Assembly (NCBI GenBank): GCA_977017645.1
Contig: OZ360222.1
Coordinates: 188,666,001-188,730,000 of the forward strand
Direction of reading: 5' to 3'
From: Torpedo marmorata
Lineage: Eukaryota
Length of the DNA stretch: 64,000 nt
Shown here: positions 12,944 to 26,770 of the stretch, in pieces
How the letters are laid out: the number at the start of each line of letters is the position of its first letter
Position numbering within the stretch: position 1 is the first letter of the stretch
Position numbers and translations under genes: made by a program
Notes under the pieces: model-generated
Databases searched by the model: none
Told to the model about the DNA's origin: nothing
What the model saw: the letters and a program-made list of their open reading frames with translations, nothing else

Positions 12944-13116
12944 GACTTTGATCATCACTGTCCGTGGGTGAACAACTGCATAGGACGAAGAAATTACCGC
13001 TACTTCTTCCTCTTTCTCCTCTCCCTTAGCACACACATGGTTGGGGTATTTATTTTTGGGCTAATTTATGTCTTAAACCATGTTAAAGAGCTTTCTACCC
13101 CACGTACTGCCATCAC
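12944..13116 (+). CDS. ZDHHC8: ZDHHC8 coding exon with the DHHC motif
   Basis: [35 protein letters not shown]...; the residues fit ZDHHC8 better than ZDHHC5; donor GTATCCTT. Confidence 0.95.
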
Positions 13117-15698
13117 GTATCCTTTGTTGTATTACTACATAATCTTTTGTTCTGTTTGATGTGACCTCTTTTAATATGTTAAAAATGTGTGTATTCTCTG
13201 CACATACATGGATAAGTAAGCAGCAGCAATTTAAACAGTCCCTTTGGCATAGTAGAGATCCTGTGCATTTCACACAGAGTACCAAACAGAATTTTACATT
13301 GAGCCAAGTAAGTACCGGTAAGTCTTTGTCAAGAATAAGTTTTCAGGAATATCTCAAAGGATTAAAACTTCGGTGTTTCTTATTTCAATAGCTATAAGAT
13401 TCACCAGCTTACAAAACATCACAGGAATCGACAAATCTACAAAAGTGTTGCAAATATGGGCAGTAGAAATTCAATCACGTCATGTTTTATACAACACTGC
13501 ATGAGTGAAAATGAAAATCTCTAAGCGAGAATATTTGATAACAGATGTAATTAAACTTGTTTGCCATTACTCAGAAGTCCAGCTGCATCAGCAGACAATC
13601 AAATGATATCATTCCCTGGGCAATAATCGCTCCCTCTACAGCACTGTTGGAAAGCACTGTTGGAAAAGTAATCCACATTACTGCGAGAGTGTTGTGGATT
13701 TCTAGCACAGCCCTACTTTCATAGTGTCACACTGAATTGGGACCCCACTGTCAAGTACCATTATTTTCTCTTCTATTCTGCACCACAGTGCTATGAGCCC
13801 TCCCCCTATAACCCACTGATCCCACCAACTTGATTAAGCCCCTGTTCCCACCCTGAAAATGTCTTCTCATGTCAAATTCCCTGACACTTAAAACTTTGCA
13901 TTTGGAACCATAAACACCATTACTTATCACTGTTACAAGCCATAATCTCCATCCACCAGTTTCCCTGTTAATTCCAATATTGTCCCTATGAAGGCTTTCT
14001 GAGTCTATGTTTGGAGCCAGTGGATATGAGTGAGGTCCTTAATGAATAATGTACCTCATTGGAATTCACCAGGGATAGGATACGATAGTGGGAAAGTTAA
14101 GAGAGTTGTGCTAATATTCTTGCCTGTGTCTGTATCAAGAAGGGGGACGTGTCAAAATATTGGCGCACTTCAGGGTGGATAAATCCTCAGACCTGAGGGA
14201 TCTTTTTCCAAGATGAGAGGAGATTGCGGCAGCCCTGGGAGAGATTTTGACATCTACATTAGCCACGGGAGAGGTATCAGAAGACTGTAGGAGCGCTAAA
14301 GTTGTCACCTTGGCAATCAAGATAAACTTGGAAACTACTGGCTGGTAAACCTATCATCAACATTAAGGAAGTTGTTGGAGAAGATTTTGAAAGATAACAT
14401 TTATCTTTATTGGGAAAGTGTGAACTAATATCTCAAATTACAGTTAGTTGAAGGATGGTGTTGGCAGAAAGACTGTCAACATACCGAAGAACCCATCCCA
14501 CCTTGGCCACGCTCTCTTCTCCCTCTTCCCTTCGAGGAGATTGTTCGAGTGAGAAAGTATGCACTAACAAGTTGAAAGATGGTTTATTTCCCACCATCAG
14601 GTTCTTTAATGATTGTTCTCATTTCCTTAGTGATCTCATGCTGCCCTTGATATGTACTGATATATCCCTTCGCAGTATGTATAGATGAGACTTGCCTCAT
14701 CTTGTCTCCTAATTTCAAAGTATCATCTTCCAATGCGTGAGCTACGATATTCCGAATTATCATCCCTTTAATCCAATAAATCAAGTTCTGTGGCAGTTAC
14801 TTTTGTCGTTTTAATTCGTTGATTAAGCGTATAAACATTTTACATAGTTTCGCAATAAAACTTCCATATAGTTGAATAATAAAGCATTTACGGTATTTAA
14901 GAGATACAAAAACATTTAAAGAGATGGAAAATTGCAAAGAAAATATGTCTCGTGCTTATGCATCTTTCACATCTCGTAGAATGAAAAGCAATGGCTCTAG
15001 CCTGGGCAGATATTACGACATATTACATCATAATCACTATAGTAACACTACAAACAATAGTTCCCTTAAAGAGACAGGCATATAATTAACTAAGAGTCAA
15101 AACACTAGTTTTAACCTTTACAGTATGGGTCACTCACTTTCACAGTGCAATGAGTTCCATTGTCTGGAACTGAAGAAAGAATAAGTACTGATCTGGCTCT
15201 GATGTTCCCATGATCAAATACCATAATAACAATTGATCAATGAATGAATAATCGTGTCAGAGGCTTTTGAGTTCATGAGGACCATGCACTATTATGAAGC
15301 AATTCCCTCAGAAAATATGGGAAACATTGGATATGAAAGTAAAATTTATCCTTGATGTCCATGAAACTTAATTATATAATATAAGTGACAATTTCACCCC
15401 TAATAATCAAAGGGAGAAACTCTAATATTCATATTAAAATAAGACCAATTTCAAGCTGCCTGCTTTTAAAATAATTTTTCTGAAAGGTAGTTTACATGAA
15501 GCATCAAACTGATACACTGTGCTGATCCATTTGCCTATTATATCCAGAAATTTTAATCCAGAAATGTTTACTTTGGATTAAATTTATTGAGAAAAATTAA
15601 CAATTTTTGATCTTGTGTACTGATTCTTGTGATTACGGAGCAAAATAAATTTGTACTTATTGAATGTTAAATGATCTTTCCTTGACCAAAGTAAAAAG
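13117..15698 (+). other. U12-type (minor spliceosome) GT-AG intron
   Basis: 5' site GTATCCTTT; branch site TTTCCTTGAC at 15677-15686, with the branch A 13 nt from the 3' end; no polypyrimidine tract. Confidence 0.92.
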
Positions 15699-15801
15699 CA
15701 TGGCTGTCATGTGTGTAGCAGGTCTTTTCTTCATTCCTGTTGTGGGTCTCACAGGCTTCCACATGGTTTTAGTTGCCAGGGGGAGGACAACAAACGAACA
15801 A
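15699..15801 (+). CDS. ZDHHC8: ZDHHC8 coding exon
   Basis: [34 protein letters not shown] (TTxE motif); GTAAGT donor. Confidence 0.95.
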
Positions 15802-16053
15802 GTAAGTTGATCAGACAAAGGATGTATAAAAGTGGTTGAATGTTCTGGAAGTTTGGCACTAAGCTTCCAAAGTAATGTCGCTGCGCTGGTCACTTTTATT
15901 TTGTCAGTTCACAGGTAGAGTTGAGTTGATTTATAAAACCAAAATAAATGATCATGGATATCTTTAATAGATAATTTAATATGACTGCTCATGTCATAGA
16001 GTACTGAATTGGTGTATAAGCTGTATACTAAATCCACTTTGTATATCATGCAG

Positions 16054-16145
16054 GTAACAGGTAAATTTCGAGGTGGTGTAAATCCATTCACCCGTGGATG
16101 CTGTGGTAATGTGGAATATGTACTTTGTAGTCCTCTCGCTCCCAG
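16054..16145 (+). CDS. ZDHHC8: ZDHHC8 coding exon
   Basis: [31 protein letters not shown]; phases consistent with neighbours. Confidence 0.95.
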
Positions 16146-17374
16146 GTAGGTGTTTCTGTTGCAATTTTTATTGCTAATATTTTTATAATGACAAATCCAA
16201 CATCTTGCTTCTATAAATGGAATATTTAATGGATGCGTGAAATTTTAAAATAACTTTATAAATTTAAAATGTTTTAAAATAAATATGGAACACATTTGTA
16301 GTGCAGCAGGGGAAGTATCTGAATTAAACTTGTGGTATAATGGTTTTAGTGTAATTGTGAAATTGGCAATAAGGTTGTTGAACTTGAAAGCCTGGCATCT
16401 TAAATTTATAAAATATTCAGTGCATTCAACAGTGCATCAGCTTGCATTTTAAGTACAAGTTATAGCCACACCTGATAATGGCTGATTAGGGATATAAATA
16501 AACTGCTGTTCTGAATTTGGCACCTTTGATAAATCAAATGCTCATGACAGTTTTCAGGCAATACTTTCCCCTTAAAAGACAATCTATACAATTATATGTA
16601 TATATGGTTACATTAAAATTAATTCTTAAGAAGCAGCACTAAATTGACATCCCTTGTTAATAACTTGGTTTTCTTGGTTAACAAGCTCTGTTCCCATCGT
16701 ATAAAACTCCAAATCTTGTCCTTGTATTTTAACTCTTTCCTGACCTACATGATGTTTTATCTGGAAAAGTCTTCAATTAGGAGTTTACCCTTGTTTCTGT
16801 ATTTTGTCCCAAATTTAATGGATAATGCATGGCCAAGTGATGTGCTTTCTCTGTACTGTTTACAAATGACTGAGGTTCTTGAAACTTGTGAGACAAAAGA
16901 CAAACTGCTGGAGAAACCCAGTGGCTCCAGCAGTATTTGTGGAAGGAAATAGAAGTTCCTCCAGCAGTTTGTTTTTTTTTGCTCCAGGTTCCAGCATATG
17001 CAATTTCTTGTGTTTCATCAAAAATTAAGAACCAGATAGCAATGTGACTTCTTTATTCCCTGAGTTTGAAACAGACCCATCATCCCAGTAATTATTTAAA
17101 TTGATTTAAAATTCCCTTCTTGGAAGGCGGATGTTAATTTGCTATAGTAGTTACATTGATGGACCTCAATATTATCTGATTAACCTTTTCCTTGTTTGAT
17201 TTTCTTACTGTTTATAATATTCATTGAGCTTCATGGGATAATTTGATCCGTTTTTTTTAATGATGTTGTATGTACAATATGTATTATCCAATAGTGTTGT
17301 TTAATCACAGTGATATTTGTTAATTATAATTTTAGTACTTCTGTGTATAATGTAAGTGGTTATCTTGTCCCTAG

Positions 17375-17507
17375 GTATATAGTTGACTACAAAAAGGAAG
17401 AAGTGGTAATGGTGAAATCTCCTTTTGTTAGACTTCAGTTGTCTGAAAAACAAATTACGCTCCAGATAAATGACAATGGAATTCAGGGCAATCTGAATAG
17501 GACCAAG
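17375..17507 (+). CDS. ZDHHC8: ZDHHC8 coding exon
   Basis: YIVDYKKEEVVMVKSPFVRLQLSEKQITLQINDNGIQGNLNRTK; AG/GTAAG. Confidence 0.88.
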
Positions 17508-18493
17508 GTAAGAGATGGAAATTGTGTTTTTAAAAATTGTTAAATATTTGTACTACTTTAGTTGGCTTTATAAACTATTTGCATTTTGAATTAACTGCCT
17601 ATGATTCTACAACTGCAAGAAAATAGCAATACAATAGCATTGGTCACATTTGCTGCTAAGCATTTTATGATTCTAGAAACTCTTTCTGGGTGCTAATGAA
17701 ATCAGATTATAAAGTTATAAATGTAATTTGGTTCCACTGTATATTTGGTAGCTTAGCATAAAGGGTTCAGAACTTAATGAACCTATCAGTTTCACCGCTT
17801 ATGATGTTAACCCAGTGTTGTGTAATCTCAATTTTGATGCGAAAGATAAAAATTGTAGCAAAGATCTCCAATTTCTTTTGTGTACTTGTTAATAGGTTGG
17901 GTGTCCAAACTATTTTTATCGATTAAAGTAAGCATCATAATTAGTTTTGGAGAAAGAAAGGTGGGAAATTGAATTAAAAATTGAATTGTATATTAGACAA
18001 ACCTGGCCAATTAAAATATTGAATGTGATAACCAAATATTTTCCCATTAACAAAATGCCTTTTAATACATTGCTTTTAACTTGCAGCAGGCATTCAAGCC
18101 TAATCAATTAATTTAAACAAGGGTATTAAATAAAGCACTGTGTGCAGTCCATTTTGATGATTATTCCATGAATATATTATCCTGCAGCAATAATTTTGTT
18201 TGTTATCCTTTGACAACCAATGTGATTATCATGATTTCTTATTACAGGTGTACTACCACCAGACTAAATACACCTTTTCATCTGGTTTTTGACTTTCAAA
18301 TTTATAAAATCCTTATATCTCCTTTGTAGAATGCAAAGATTTTAATTTCTGATGTGAAGGCTCAAAGTTACACATTTTAATGGAAGCACATGAATATACA
18401 AGAAAAAAAATTCTGACCTTAAAAATCAAAGTTAAAATAGTTATTGTGATGTTCCAAATTAAAAACTGCATTTCTTTTCTAAATTTTTTTTAG

Positions 18494-18617
18494 TCCAAAG
18501 GAAGTTTGGAGGCTTTGGATGTTCAATCAACAGAAGTCGAGCCCCCCCTCCCACCTAAACTAGGTCCGAGCAAATATGCAAACCTTAAAAACCAACTCAG
18601 TACTTCAGTCAATGAAG
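18494..18617 (+). CDS. ZDHHC8: ZDHHC8 coding exon
   Basis: SKGSLEALDVQSTEVEPPLPPKLG...; AG/GT, phase 0 to 1. Confidence 0.88.
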
Positions 18618-21432
18618 GTAATGAACTCAATGAGAAATAGCAATAATTCTGTTCAGAGGAAGTATTTAACTTATTGTTATTTGATTGTGTTATATTTTAG
18701 GTGGATAATGCAATGGGAGTTTCATGCCAGATAATAAGTATTCTACTTTCTCAAAATCACAATTATTACTTTTATTCTTGCCCTTCAACCTGTGTTACAA
18801 CTTATTCTTATTATCTTAAAAATCAGAAAAAGCAGGATATATTTGAAAGGTCAGGTAGCCTCTGTAGAGTGAGAAACAACGTTTCAGAAGAAATGGAAGC
18901 AGCAGGATCCAATTTGGCCCTTAAAATTCACTCCGCCAGACAATAAAATCATTGCAGATCTTTCTCTTAAAGTCATTGAGTCATACAGCACAGAACAGGC
19001 TCTTCAGCCCAACTTGTCCATGTCAACCAAGTTTGCATTTTGGACTAATTCCATTGGCCTGCATTTGGTCCATATTCCTCCAAGCCCCTCGCATCCATAA
19101 ATTTGTTCAAATTTTATTTGAGTGTATTTATTGTGTTTGCTTGTACAGTTTCCTTTGGCGGCTCATTCTATGTACAAACCATCCTCTGAGTTCCCTCCTA
19201 AGTACTTCCCCTCTCATCTTAAACCTTCAACTCCACTTTCCCACTAGAAACCCCATCCAGGAAAATATCAGCTCCACAAAAACCCTGTCAAGCTTTGTAA
19301 GAATTTTGTAAGTTTAATTTTGATCATGTGTTATTTTGCTAAAAAAAAATTATACAGGCCAGTCTACCTATTCACTCTTTCTATGACGAACCTGCTGTAC
19401 TGGGAATCAATCTGGTGAACTTTTGCTATACTTCCTCTATCATGGGTATATTCTACCTTGCACTAGGGGACCAGATCTATGCACACTATTCCAGGTGTGG
19501 GTCTGCTCTGGGAGCACTATTATTGGAGCAAGATATCTTTACTCTTAAAGACCAAGATGCTGTTCACCTTCTTACCTACCTGATGAGCATGCGTATTAAC
19601 TTTTAGCGATTCGTATACAAAGACAGCCAGATTTTGCTTAACACCTATACCTTTCAACCTCCACCCAGTGAAAATATACTCTGTCTTTTTATTCTTTCGA
19701 CCAAAGTGCACATTTTACTTTTTTCATGTTATATTCCACTTGAAATATCCTTACCCATTTCTTTAACTATCTATATCCCACGAAACCTCTCTGCTTCCTG
19801 CAGCTAATTTTGTAGCATCTGCAAAACTTGGATGTACTGTACATCATCCTCTCACTGAAATTGATGGAGCTTGCCAGTACCGATCCCTGTAGAAATTTAT
19901 TGTTCTGGCCTCTCAATCCAAAAATATCTGAAGATCTTAGACCTAAAAAATGTACTCAGTGTGACTCTCCTCCTGTGTGCCTGAGCTTCCAAACATTTCC
20001 AGCATTTTACATTTCCGATTTTCAGTATTTTGAGTTTGTATTCTTGTGAACTTTCTCCAATCATTTGATTCCTTGATATTTTCACCAAGTTGTCATTGCA
20101 TCTTGTTGAAAGAGGGAATGCACCTTGTTCCTTACTGCAGCAAATTAGTTTGACTACTTTTAGATAAGCAATATCAATAGAAATTATGCAAATATTACAA
20201 ACCGAGCTGAGCAAAGCATTAACCTTTGTTTCCATTTTAGATACTGACAGACTTCTATTTTATTTCCAGTATTTTTAAAGTTTTGCGTTAGAGGGGACGA
20301 TACAAAAAGAGGTCGCCATTCAGCCCCTCAATCCTGTTGGTCATTCCTGACTGATCTATAATCTAACCCCATGCGCCAACCCTTGGTATTTCTTATCAAC
20401 AAAACTGGCCAGCTGAGATTTAAATATAAATTGATAACATTTCATTAAAGTGAAATGACTTTAATATAATTAGTGAATTTTGTGTACATTTCCTGTCCTT
20501 ATCCATTAATTTTTTTAAAATTACTTCATTCTCTGAAGCATAATCTTTTTCACAGTACATTGGCAACTCAAGATCATCATTGGCAAATAGAAGTTGCTTG
20601 TTTATAATCGATTGAGAATAATGGAAAATGTTTTCTGTGCTCTTGGAAAGGCCACATTAGGTCCACAATAAAGTGTCTCATTTATTTTTCCTTTCCTTGC
20701 ACTGTAAGATCAGGTGTTCACCCAGTGGTTTGAAGTAATTCGTAACGTGCCATGTAGTAAAATAATGTGTGCAGTTAATAATTACAGTATTCATTTAACT
20801 GTGAACTATTCTGTTTGTCCCACAAGTGTTTTTCTGGTTATGTTTAAAATATGTGACCGGATGCTCCTTTCTTCTGCTTGTGTGTGAATATATACTTGTA
20901 TGTAACTTTGAGTGGAAGATAAGAAATTGTTAATGGTGGAAAGGAAACAGTTCATATGGCCCACATTGATTCTGATAGTCGACTCTGTAGCTAAAGTGAA
21001 CAGCACTGAATTGGGATTTGTGAAACATTTGAACTAAATAAGGCACTTTTCAACTACATTTCAAGCACTCTAATCCTAAATGTGAATATCTACATGTGCC
21101 TACACATGATCACTGGTTAATAATCATCACCAGGATTCCTGGTTGTTCCCTGTACAAAAGAACAACAATCAAGATTAAGTTATCTCCTTGACTGAAATCA
21201 TCTGACCTGACCTTAACTTGGTGTATTCTTGATATAATCAACCTTCCCACACATAATATTTTCTTCATCAATTTCCAAATTTATTCTTTAAAGCTTCAGA
21301 ATTCAAAACATAGGGCTTAAATTGTTTTAGATTTAAAACAATCATCGCGATAAAGATTTGTGGAAAAGGGAGGTCCATGTAAATGTCTTTGTGCTGATGA
21401 CATTTTGTAATTATTCATAGACAATCTTACTA

Positions 21433-21742
21433 CAGGTTGTACCTCTTTAATCCAGCGACGTTGGGACCTGGCTATTGCCAGACCACAGAAAATACCGGAA
21501 AACAGAAATTGACCCCTAAGGGAACCCACTATGTAAAACATATCAAAGGAAGAACAAAGCTTAAAACAGGAAATAATACTGTGGGGCGGCATGGTTAGCG
21601 TAGCGGTTAATGCAACACCTTTACAGCACCAGCGATCGGGACCGGGGATCGAGTCCCGTGCTGTCTGTAAGGAGTTTGTACTAACGGCGGCAGTTTCAAA
21701 CGTGCCGGACCACAGAGTGCCAGATAAGAGAGGTACAACCTG
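21433..21742. mobile_element. Tc1/mariner-pogo-type MITE with an internal V-SINE head (~21583-21682)
   Basis: 14-bp TIRs caggttgtacctct / agaggtacaacctg, each flanked by TA. Confidence 0.8.
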
Positions 21743-22322
21743 TATTGCTGTAAATACAATTTAAATATTTATGTGGAACACTAAATTCCCGGTGAAACAT
21801 CTTACAGTTCAATTTACGTAATAAACTCTTTTGAATGCTGATTTTTTTCCCCACACTGTGAAAACATTGACTTATGGAGAGCAATAAATTCTGCACTCAA
21901 CTGGAGTCTATCGTGATGTAATATGGAAAAGAAATTTCATATAGATTGTCTAATATGTCTTTACATGAAAATAACAATAATGGCTACTTCTATAAATTCT
22001 TTTAAAGATATTGTAAATACTACCTCAGTATTCAAAGGGTTTATTGTTGTCTCTACCAGTTTCCTAATACACCCCACCCTCATTATATTACAATCCGTCT
22101 TACAGCTACTGCATTCTATTTTCATTTTTATGTTATGGAATGGAATCATCGAGTTAAAGTGTGCATCTGGTTCCAACATGCTAAGACTCCTGAAACCCTA
22201 CAAGAATGGTGTGAACCAATGTTCCTCAAACGCTTCCCTTCTGTTGTTTTTCAGTAGTTAGAGTGTACCTTTGTGTCTGTGTGTATTGCTACCTGTACTA
22301 CATTGTCATTGTCTTATTGCAG

Positions 22323-22441
22323 ATAGTGGTCTCTCATCCAAGCCCATCAACCCACCCACTCCTGCCATGTTTAAGTATCGACCAGCATACAGCAGTTCAG
22401 GTGCAAACCCCAAAGTTCTCTACCATGCTGCTAGTGAGAAG
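22323..22441 (+). CDS. ZDHHC8: ZDHHC8 coding exon
   Basis: DSGLSSKPINPPTPAMFKYRPAY...; phase 1 to 0. Confidence 0.88.
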
Positions 22442-23452
22442 GTGAGGAAATGCAGGGTTCGGTGCTAGACAACAATCCTTGGGCACTGCTTTTTGATGGG
22501 GCATTTTTATTTTGTTTTCCATAACTTGGTTAGGGTGGAAAGAGTTGAGTCGAGAAGTAATTAACACTAATACAACACAGAAAGAATGCAGTATTCTTCT
22601 GGATTCATCTATAAACCACTACATCTCTGTGGAATGTCAAGAAGAAAATTAAATAAATTGTATAGTTTTTAACAGCAGATTTTTGATTGCTATTCTATAC
22701 ACATCATATTTTAGACCTTAAATAATGAAGGGAATCCGAAGCATATTCTGTTAGTCTTGAAGTATTTCAAACAATGAATTTCTTTTGTCACTCTGAGTGT
22801 TTAAAAAGGTTTAGGAGTTGGATACTTTGCTATAAATGTTAAGATTGATTAACTGGAATCTCACTGTGGTCAGCATCAATATTGTATATTGCAGTTAAAA
22901 CTCTTAATGTTTTGATGTACATTTAAAAGCAAAACTTAGTTCACCTTATAAAAATAGTAAGTTGCTGAGTCTGTAAGTTCACACATTACATAAGAAGACA
23001 ATGGAAAATCAGCGTTGTGAATCAACAAGGAAAAATGTCAGAAGGAACCTTTTCAATTAATTTCTTGCCATTAATGTGGTGAAACAAATCGTCACAAAAT
23101 ATAGTGCATGAATTAGATTTCAAAGTGGATTTTCAGTATAGATTGATTCTTAATGAGTTTTTTAAAAATCAAATATCACCAGTCTAGAATTGACCAAATG
23201 CCTATATTTAAAAAGAAAACATTGACCAGTATTCTGATCATCGGAATAACAGCTTTTAAAATCTCTGAAAGATAAAGCTACATTGCAGTCTGGTCCTCCT
23301 TTGGGTAATGCTTCATTCCATTGCTTGTGCATGCAACACCCTGGATATTGAATCAGACAACAAAAGTACAAGTTAGTGGTCAATTAACCTACCAACTCAT
23401 GCACCTTAGAGATGTGAGAGGAAACCAAGGAACCTCTCACAGTCAGAAAAAT

Positions 23453-23730
23453 ATGATTTCAGATTTATTGTCAGAGTACATACATGACATCACATACAAC
23501 CCTGAGATTCCTTTTTCCTGCGGGCACGGCAGAATTACCACTAATTGGTAGTGCAAAAAATAAACTCTACACAGCGTAAACAAATAAAAGAACTGTAAAC
23601 AGATAACGAATGTAAACAAACTGTGCAATACAGAGAGAACAAAAGAAAATCAATAAAGTGCACAAGTAAGAGTCCTTAAATGAGTCTCTGATTGAGTTTG
23701 TCGTTGAGGAGTCTGATGGTGGAGGGGTAT
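23453..23730 (-). mobile_element. Rex1/Babar-like LINE 3' tail
   Basis: Nearly the same sequence as the tail at 40590-40840. Confidence 0.7.
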
Positions 23731-24464
23731 TCCACACAGATAGCACCAGTCAAGATTGAACCCAGAGCACTGGAGCTATGAGACAGCAGCATTGAGGTGC
23801 ACCATTGGACTGCCCATCATATGTACATTTATCCAGTACCTTTCCATGACCCCAGGCCATCCCAAAACAATTTAAGTAATGATAATGAGTTTATTGTCAT
23901 GTACATTATACAATGTACACAAGCATAGAAACTTTTCCTTCTGGAAACTGGTCGCTTTTGCAGTGAAGGACGTGGAAGCCAATTGTAGCACAGCAAGATC
24001 ACAATATGCAGTGCGATTATGCTCAGGTGGTCCATTTAATTTAAGTTGATTGAGGGATGAAATATGAGTTAGGCCAAAGGAAGGACGTCCCTCCTGTTAT
24101 TCAGAGCTGTACCACTGGAACTTTTCACTCGAGAGAGCTAATGGGGTCCTAGCTTAACACCTCATCTGGAAGTTTCACTCCCGGCTGTTGCAGTGGGATG
24201 TCATGATAGATTTTTATGCTCAAATGTCTGAAGTGGAATTTGAACCCACAGTCTTCCACTTCAAAGGGGACAGTTGTACCAACTGATCCACCAGACATTT
24301 TTAATTCAAATTTACAGTGAGTTAAAACCAAAACCACTTGTTATCTTTAACTCAAGCAAGGTCATATGGAATCAACTGAATTTTTAAAAAAGATGACATT
24401 GGCTGTGATTATTGACTGATGAAATTGATTAATTTTGGTAATTGTCAAATCTCCTATCTGAAAG

Positions 24465-25504
24465 ATTTCCATGCTGGATGGACATAAAGAGGCGCCTATC
24501 ATGGAAGAATGCAGCAGAGCTCACGATTACAGGTCCGAGCCAAATCTCGACATCCCTGACTACCGGTCACCATCGCTTCACAAGACTTACCAATCATCAC
24601 CGTTTCAGCTTGACTCGCTCTCCGTTAACTCTCGCTCTTTGAGCCTGAAATCTGCCCACAGGAGAGGAACAGACAAGGCTCAGTTACACCAAATGAAGTC
24701 TGACTGCTCATCCCCCAATCAGCATAAAAATAGCTTTGGTCTGAATTCGTTGTCCAACAGAAATGGAAGCCTATCCTATGATAGTTTGTTAAATCCCCCC
24801 TCTACGCATTCAGGGGTGGATTCCACAGCACATGTTGGAGTTCCAACCACGGGGTACCACTCACCATATTTATCAGCCAAAATGTGCCAGATACGAGGGG
24901 CAGATCTCCAGCATCAACCTGTGCAAGGTTACAGCCCGGTACATAGAGGCTCATCTCCACAGCAACGGGAGCCATCGCCAGTTCGATATGACAACCTTTC
25001 TAAGCAAATCATGGCCTCCATTCAAGAGAGAAAGGCAATGGAAGAGCGCAGAAAACTCAGAGCCTCACCTGATTCGGTGTTGCTGGACTCAGGGGCATGT
25101 GATGCGCCGGGCTCATACAACTTACAACAAATGGACACTTTCTCAGAGGACTCGAGAAGGACAACCACTGGCATGTGTGGTTCTCGAGATAACCTTATGT
25201 CTGCTGCTACCAGCAACACGAGGAGCCCTCTACTGCGCGCCTCTGCCTCCTCCCTTTCGAGCACGGTGTCAAGGGTAGCAAGGACTTCCACTAGTTCTCT
25301 CCACGCAGACATAGCAAACAACAATGTGAAGTCCAACCATACTTTGCAAAGCAGATCTGTTGAGACCTCGTTTAGGTCTTCAGGACATCAAATCCCACCC
25401 TCCTCATTGATTCGATCCCCGACTTATGGAAGCCAAAAGCCTCTCTCCTTTGTCACTGCAATGGAAATGTCAGAAGGAGTGCCTCAGCCTCTGATAACCC
25501 CACG
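24465..25504 (+). CDS. ZDHHC8: ZDHHC8 large coding exon, cytoplasmic tail
   Basis: ORF 24471..25508 with SRSLSLK, RNGSLSYDSLL, GYHSPYL and REPSPVRYDNLSKQIMASIQERK; donor GTAGGT, phase 2. Confidence 0.93.
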
Positions 25505-26586
25505 GTAGGTAAAACTCCTCCACTCTGAACCCTTGTAAAGCTGTGGGAATAAGCACCTTGAAATACAATCACAGTTTGCACCAACATATAATTTTGAATC
25601 ATTTTGTTTTCGGGAGCGATAGATATGGAGGATAATTTCAGGAATTTAACTGGGAATTTCCTGGCATAAGTCACCATTGCATTCCTTGTGTGACTTCTGC
25701 ATTATTCACACATGGGAACACGTCAACCCCTGTTCAGTTTTATTTTTGCAGCATTTAAACGGAACTTAAACCATGTTATCCCATGTACAATTGTGGTTGG
25801 GCTCTCCTAAGACAACTAGATCTTCATGCCACTACAGCATATTGGGTCCCCTTTAAGGTTAGTCTCCTACTTGTTTGAGGCCCTTCACCCACCATTCCTC
25901 TCAACCTTCCACCTGAGGGCTGCTCCCTCACCATTTGATCTTATTCCAAACGTACTCTGCTGGAGGAACTTGGCCAGTTGAGCAGCATCAGTCAGAGGAA
26001 AAGAATGGTCAATGATTCAGGCCAAAACCCTTTTTCTCCCACTAATGCTGTTTGATCCACTGAGTTCCTCCAGCGGAGTGTGTTTGGCTTCAGATTCCAG
26101 CATCTGCAGTCTCCTGCGCATCTCCTTTGATTGATTGATCCTCTTGATTCTGTGGAACAGTGAGTCCCTTAATGGTGGTCTTAATACCCAGTGCCCACCA
26201 CTTTTCTAATTCCTGCCCCACAGTCTGTGTTTCCAACTACAGCCTCATATCATTCTTTCCCCCTGCACCCAACCCACCTTCTCCTGATGTTGGCGTAGGT
26301 CCTCATTAGGTCTGTGGCCCATGTTCCTCTTGATCTTTGTACTGGTGAAAGTAGTCTTTGTTGCCACCTTGCAAAGTATTATAATGTGTTGGTAACAATG
26401 TGTTAATGGGGAGCTTGGTTATAGAAATGACAATATTAGTTCACTTTGCTTAATGACTCAATAAAAACAAATTTATTTTACTGCCCCCTCCACAATAGAG
26501 TTGGTCATAATCCTGAATAAACCGGCTGTGTGCTCCAGGAATATGTGGATTGAATGTATGAACCGACTACCTTTCTGTTTTTTCAG

Positions 26587-26770
26587 TGACGAGGTTCAAA
26601 TGAAGACGGCTCACAACAAAATTAACGGACAGCCAAAACGTTTGTCCAGGGTGGATAGCCGGCTAAGCTCATCCTCTATTTCCCACGGTGCTACAGTCAG
26701 TCCCACCAGGCAGTCAAACGTCAAAAAGGTGTCGGGTGTGGGCGGGACCACTTACGAGATCTCAGTGTGA
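26587..26770 (+). CDS. ZDHHC8: ZDHHC8 terminal coding exon with PDZ ligand
   Basis: DEVQMK...[15 protein letters not shown]. Confidence 0.95.

Noticed and set aside
10780-26770. ZDHHC5 rather than ZDHHC8
   Set aside because: Both end in YEISV, but YKNV, CHFY, EDFDHHC, HMVGV and [15 protein letters not shown] fit ZDHHC8 better; a phylogeny would confirm.
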